A DNA stretch of 64,000 nucleotides from Mobula hypostoma. Its lineage: Eukaryota. Positions 54,501 to 60,500 of the stretch are shown in pieces. The position numbers and the translations under genes were made by a program. Position 1 is the first letter of the stretch. The number at the start of each line of letters is the position of its first letter. Where the stretch lies: contig NC_086107.1 of NCBI RefSeq assembly GCF_963921235.1, positions 111,974,001 to 112,038,000 on the forward strand. Direction: 5' to 3'. Below the pieces are notes generated by a model, which saw only the letters and a program-made list of their open reading frames with translations, searched no databases and had not been told where the DNA came from.

Positions 54501-57500
54501 CAGAGAACTTAATGTTGAATGGCATCTAGAACATGCCTGCTCAGAGTCTGGTGGTTGTCTTGTCGTGTCTAATGATGACAGGAGACCTGTGCGGAAAAGT
54601 TTTAGAAGTGGAAATGCCATTGCATTGGGACAGTTCCACTCCCTTGACCTCAGAAGTCCGGGTCCAGTCCCACCACCCAAAACATGCCCGCTTCACACTG
54701 TTACTGTCGGGAAGGATGTACAGAAACCTGAAGGCACACACTCAGTGATTCAGGAACAGCTTCCTCCTCCTCTGCCATCTGATTTTTAAATGGACATTGA
54801 ACCCACCTTACTACTTTTATATTTCTGCTTTTTCTTGCACTACTTATTTTAACTTAACTAATATAACTAATATATAACTAATGTAACTCAGTTTATTCTC
54901 TATTAAATTTATCATGTATTTCATTGTACTGCTGCCGTAAAGTTAACAAATTTCACAACATTTGTCAGTGATATTAAACTTGATTCTAATTGTGAAGAGT
55001 AGTTAGGAGACGTTTGACCCTGGAATCTTCCAACTTGGAGGCCAGAGTGAAACTACTTGGTTGCGTTTAGTACCGTGGCTCACTGGGAAGAGGATTGCAA
55101 AGCCAGCTCCTAGTCCGATTAGTCCCCTAATCATTCTTTTAACTGTTTTGTTTCCAGGACAAATGCGAAGAATACTGGCCAAAGGATAACGACACTGACA
55201 TCTACGGAGACTTCACAGTGAATGTCATTTCACTAAGCCGCTGCCCTACTTGGACAATCAGGGAACTTAATATCAAAAAGGTGAAGAGTTATTTACAAAG
55301 AGACCACCATGGAGAACTAGCTGATTGCTGACTGAGACTTTATAAGGCATTCCAAACAGGAGAAAGTCTACAGATGCAGGAGGTCAAAGTAACACGCACA
55401 AAAAGCTAGAGGAACTCGGCAAACCTGGCAGCATCTATGGAAAAGAGTAAACAGTTGACATTTTGGGCTGAGACCCTTCATCAGGACTGGACTTTTTTCC
55501 AGCCCTGATGAAGGGTCTCGGTCTGAAACGTCAACTGTTTACTCTTTTCCATAGATGCTGCCTGGCCTGCTGAGTTCCTCCAGCATTTTCTGTGTGTTAC
55601 TTTAAGGCATTGGTCAGACTGCACTTGGAGTATTGTGAGCTACTTTGAGCCCCTTACCTAAGGAAGGAACGTGCTGGAGAGGAACCAAAGGAGGTTCAGG
55701 GGAATGATCTTGGAAATGAAAAGGAATCATTCTGGGAATGAAGAGCATTTGATGGGCCTGGACCTGCAATTACTGGAATTTAGAATGAGGGGGGATCTCA
55801 TTGAAACCTATCGGATATTGAAAGGCCTAGAAAGAGTGGACATGGACAAGATGTTCCTTCAGTGGGGGAATCTAGGACCAGAGGGCACAGCCTCAGTACA
55901 GAAGGTCGTCCCTTTGGAACGGAGATGAGGAAGAACTGCTTCAGCCAGAGGTTAGTGAATCTGTGGAATCCATTGCTACAGGTGGCCGTGAAGGCCAAGT
56001 CACTTAAAGTGGGGGTTAATAGGTTCTTGATTAGTCAGGGTGTCAAAGGTTATGGGAAGAAGGCAGGAGAATAGGGTTAAAAGAGATAATAAATTAGCCA
56101 TGATGGAATGGCAGAGCCATTATGGATGGGCTGAATGGCCTAATTCTGCTCCTATGTCACAGAGTCACAAGAGTGATAGAAAAGTACATCAAACGAACAG
56201 GCCCTTCGTCACGTCTAGTCCATGCCAAACCATTTAACCTGCCTACTCCCATCAACCTGCGCCAGGACCATAGCCCTCCATATCCCTACAATTCAGGTAC
56301 CTATCCAAACTTCTCTGAAGCATTGAAATCGAGCTCGCGTGGACCATTTGCACTGGCAGCTCATTCTGCACTCTCATGACTCTCTGAGTGAAGAAGTTTC
56401 CCTTTGCGCTCCCCCTAAAGGTTTCACCACTCTTAACCCACGAGCTCGAGTTGTAGTCCCATCCAAGCTCAGTTGAAAAAGCCTGCTTGTGTTTAACCTA
56501 TCTATACCCGTCATAATTTTGGATACCTCTATTAAATCTCATCTCCATCTTAGTAACATAGAAACATAGAAAATAGGTGCAGGAGTAGGCCATTCGGTCC
56601 TTCGAGCCTGCACCGCCATTTATTATGATCATGGCTGATCATCCAACTCAGAACCCCGCCCCAGCCTTCCCTCCATACCCCCTGACCCCCGTAGCCACAA
56701 GGGCCATATCTAACTCCCTCTTAAATATAGCCAATGAACTGGTCTCAACTGTTTCCTGTGGCAGAGAATTCCACAGATTCACCACTCTCTGTGTGAAGAA
56801 GTTTTTCCTCACCTCGGTCCTAAAAGGTTTCCCCTTTATCCTCAAACTGTGACCCCTCGTTCTGGACTTCCCCAACATCGGGGATTTTATACGTTTCAAT
56901 CAGATCCCCCCTCAATCTTCTAAATTCCAACAAGTACAAGCCCAGTTCATCCAGTCTTTCTTCATATGAAAGTCCTGCCATCCCAGAAATCAATCTGGTG
57001 AACCTTCTTTGTACTCCCTCTATGGCAAGGATGTCTTTCCTCAGATTAGGGGACCAAAACTGCACACAATACTCCAGGTGTGGTCTCACCAAGGCCTTGT
57101 ACAACTGCAGTAGTACCTCCCTGCTCCTGTACTCGAATCCTCTCGCTATAAATGCCAGCATACCATTCGCCTTTTTCACCGCCTGCTGTACCTGCATGCC
57201 CACTTTCAATGACTGGTGTATAATGACACCCAGGTCTCGTTGCACCTCCCCTTTTCCTAATCGGCCACCATTCAGATAACAATCTGTTTTCCTATTTTTG
57301 CCACCAAAGTCGATAACTTCACATTTATCCACATTAAATTGCATCTGCCATGAATTTGCCCACTCACTCAACCTATCCAAGTCACTCTGCATCTTCTTAG
57401 CATCCTCCTCACAGCTAACACTGCCACCCAGCTTCGTGTCATCCGCAAACTTGGAGATGCTGCATTTAATTCCCTCATCCAAGTCATTAATATATATTGT

Positions 57501-60500
57501 AAACAACTGGGGTCCCAGCACTGAGCCTTGCGGTACCCCACTAGTCACCGCCTGCCATTCTGAAAAGGTCCCGTTTATTCCCACTCTTTGCTTCCTGTCT
57601 GCTAACCAATTCTCTATCCACATCAATACCTTACCCCCAATACCGTGTGCTTTAAGTTTGCACACTAATCTCCTGTGTGGGACCTTGTCAAAAGCCTTTT
57701 GAAAATCCAAATTTACCACATCCACTGGATCTCCCCTATCCACTCTACTAGTTACATCCTCTTCTATGTTCCAAGGAATAAAGTCCTAACCTATTCGATC
57801 TTTCCTTATAGCTCAGGTCCTCCAGACAGAGCAACATCTTTGTAAATTTCCTCTATTCCCTTTGAACATTACTTACATCTTTCCTGAGGGTAGGTAACCA
57901 ACCAAAACTGCACACATTACCCCAAATTAGACCTCACCAATGTCTATACAACTTCAACATAACATCCAGTCTCCTGTGCTCAGTACTTTGATTTATGAAG
58001 ACCAATGTGCCAAATGCTTTCTCTATGACCCTAACTACCTCAGACGCCACTTTCAGTTAATTATGGGCCCGTATTCCCAGATCCCTTTGTTCTACCACAC
58101 TCCTCAGTGCCCCACCGCTCACTGTGTAAGGCCTACCCTGGTTGGTCCTACTGAAGTGCAGCATCTCCCACATGTCTGCATTAAATTCTGTCTGCATTTT
58201 TCAGCCTTTTTGCCTGCCGGTCCATATCCCGCTGCAAGCCATGATAGCCTTCTTCGCTGTCAGTACAGCCTCAGACTTGGTGTCATCCACAGATTTGCTG
58301 ATCCAGTTAACCACATTATCATCCAGATAGTCATATGATCACAACTATCAATTCAATTGAAAATAACCCAGATGTAACCACAGGAAAACTAACCAAGATC
58401 CTCCCAAACATTATACATTTGTCTCAAATTGTTCAGATATCTACCATCATGGAGGAGATGCAAGAGCCTGAAGACACACACTCTATGATTCAGGAACAGC
58501 TTCTTCCCCTCCGCCATCAGATTTCTGAATACTTTATACATTATTGTCGCCAAACAATTGATACTAGAACGTACAATCATCACAGTGATATTTGATTCCG
58601 TGCTTCCCGCTCCCTGGATTACAAATATTAAATATTAAAAATATTGAAAATAGTAAAAATTAGTAAATATTAAAAATTTAAATTATAAATCATACATAAA
58701 AAATAGAAAAATGGAAAGTAAGGTAGTGTAAAAAAACTGAGAGACAGGTCCAGATATTTGGAGGGTACGGCCCAGATCCGGGTCAGGATCCGTTTAGCAG
58801 TCTTATCACAGTTGGAAAGAAGCTGTTTCCAAATCTGGCCGTACGAGTCTTCAAGCTCCTGAGCCTTCTCCCGGAGGAAAGAGGGATGAAAGGTGTGTTG
58901 GTTGAGTGGGTCGTGTCTTTGATTATCCTGGCAGCACTGCTCCGACAGCGTGCGGTGTAAAGTGAGTCCACGGACGGAAGGTTGGTTTGTGTGATGTGCT
59001 GCGCCGTGTTCACGATCTTCTGCAGCTTCTTTTGGTCTTGTACAGGACAACTTCCATACCAGGTTGTGATGCACCCTAGAAGAATGCTTTCTACGGTGCA
59101 TCTATAAAAATTAGTGAAGGTTTTAGGGGACAGGCCAAATTTCTTTAGTTTTCTCAGGAAGTAAAGGCGATGGTGGGCATTCTTGGCAGTGGACTCTGCT
59201 TGGTTGGACCAAGTCAGGTCATTTGTGATATTGACCCCGAGGAACTTTAAGCTTTTGACCTGTTCCACTTGCGCACCACCAATGTAAATTGGGTCGTGCG
59301 GTCTGCTACTCCTTCTGAAGTCAACAACTTATTCCTTCATCTTGCTGACGTTGAGGGATAGGTTATTTTCTTCGCACCATGCCACCAGGTTCTTAATTTC
59401 CTCTCTGTACTCAAACAGAGAGGAAATTAAGAACATTGAACCCATGAATATTTCCTCAGTATTTTCCCTCTCTCTTTGTAACTTACAGTTACAATTTTAT
59501 AGTTTTTTCTATTATGAATTGCATTGTACTGTTGCCACAAAGCAACAAATTCCATGACATGTGCTGATGATATTAAACCTGATTCTAAATAGGATCAGAA
59601 TCAGTATCAGGTTTAACATCACTGGTATATGTTAAATTTGCTGTCTTTGCGGCAGCAGTACAATGAAATGCATAATAAAAGAAAATGTGAATTACACTTA
59701 TGTATATATCCTGGAGGAACTCAGCAGGCCAGGCAGCATCTATGGAAATGAATAAACAGTCGACGTTTCAGGCCAAGATTCTTCATCAGGACAGGAAAGG
59801 AAGAGAAGAAGTCAGAGTAAGAAGCTGAGGGGAGGGGAGGATGAAGTACAAGATGGCAGGTGATAGGTGAAACCAGGAGAGAGGGAGGGAATGAAGTAAA
59901 GAGCTGGGAAGTTGATTGGTGAAAGAGATAAAGGGCTGGAGAAGGGGGAATCTGATAGGAGAGGACAGACCATGGAAGAAAAGGAAGGGGGGAGCAATGC
60001 AATACACAATAATAGAGGAAAAGAACTGTGAATTAAAGTAAATATATAATAGTTAAATTAATTAAGTAGTGCAAAAATAGAAATAAAAATAGTGAGGTAG
60101 TGTTCATGAGTTCAATGTCCATTCAGAAATTGGATAGCAGAGAGGAAGAAGCTGTTACTGAATTGTTGAGTGTATGTCTTCAGGCTCCTGTACCTCCTTC
60201 CTGATGGTAGCAATAAGAACAAGGTTTGACCTGCGATGGGGGTCCTTAATGTTGGATGCTGCCTTTTTGATGCATCACTACTTGAACTGTCCTGGATACT
60301 ACAGAGGCTAGTGCCCATGATGGAGCTGACTAAGTAGACAACTCTGAGTAGACAACAGACAACTCTGTAGCTTATTTCGATCCTATGCAATGCCCCCCTC
60401 CCCTATACCAGACAGTGATACAGTCAGTTAGAATGCTTTCTATGGTACATCTGTAAAAATTTGTGAGTGTCTTTGGTGACATACCAAATCTCCTTAAATT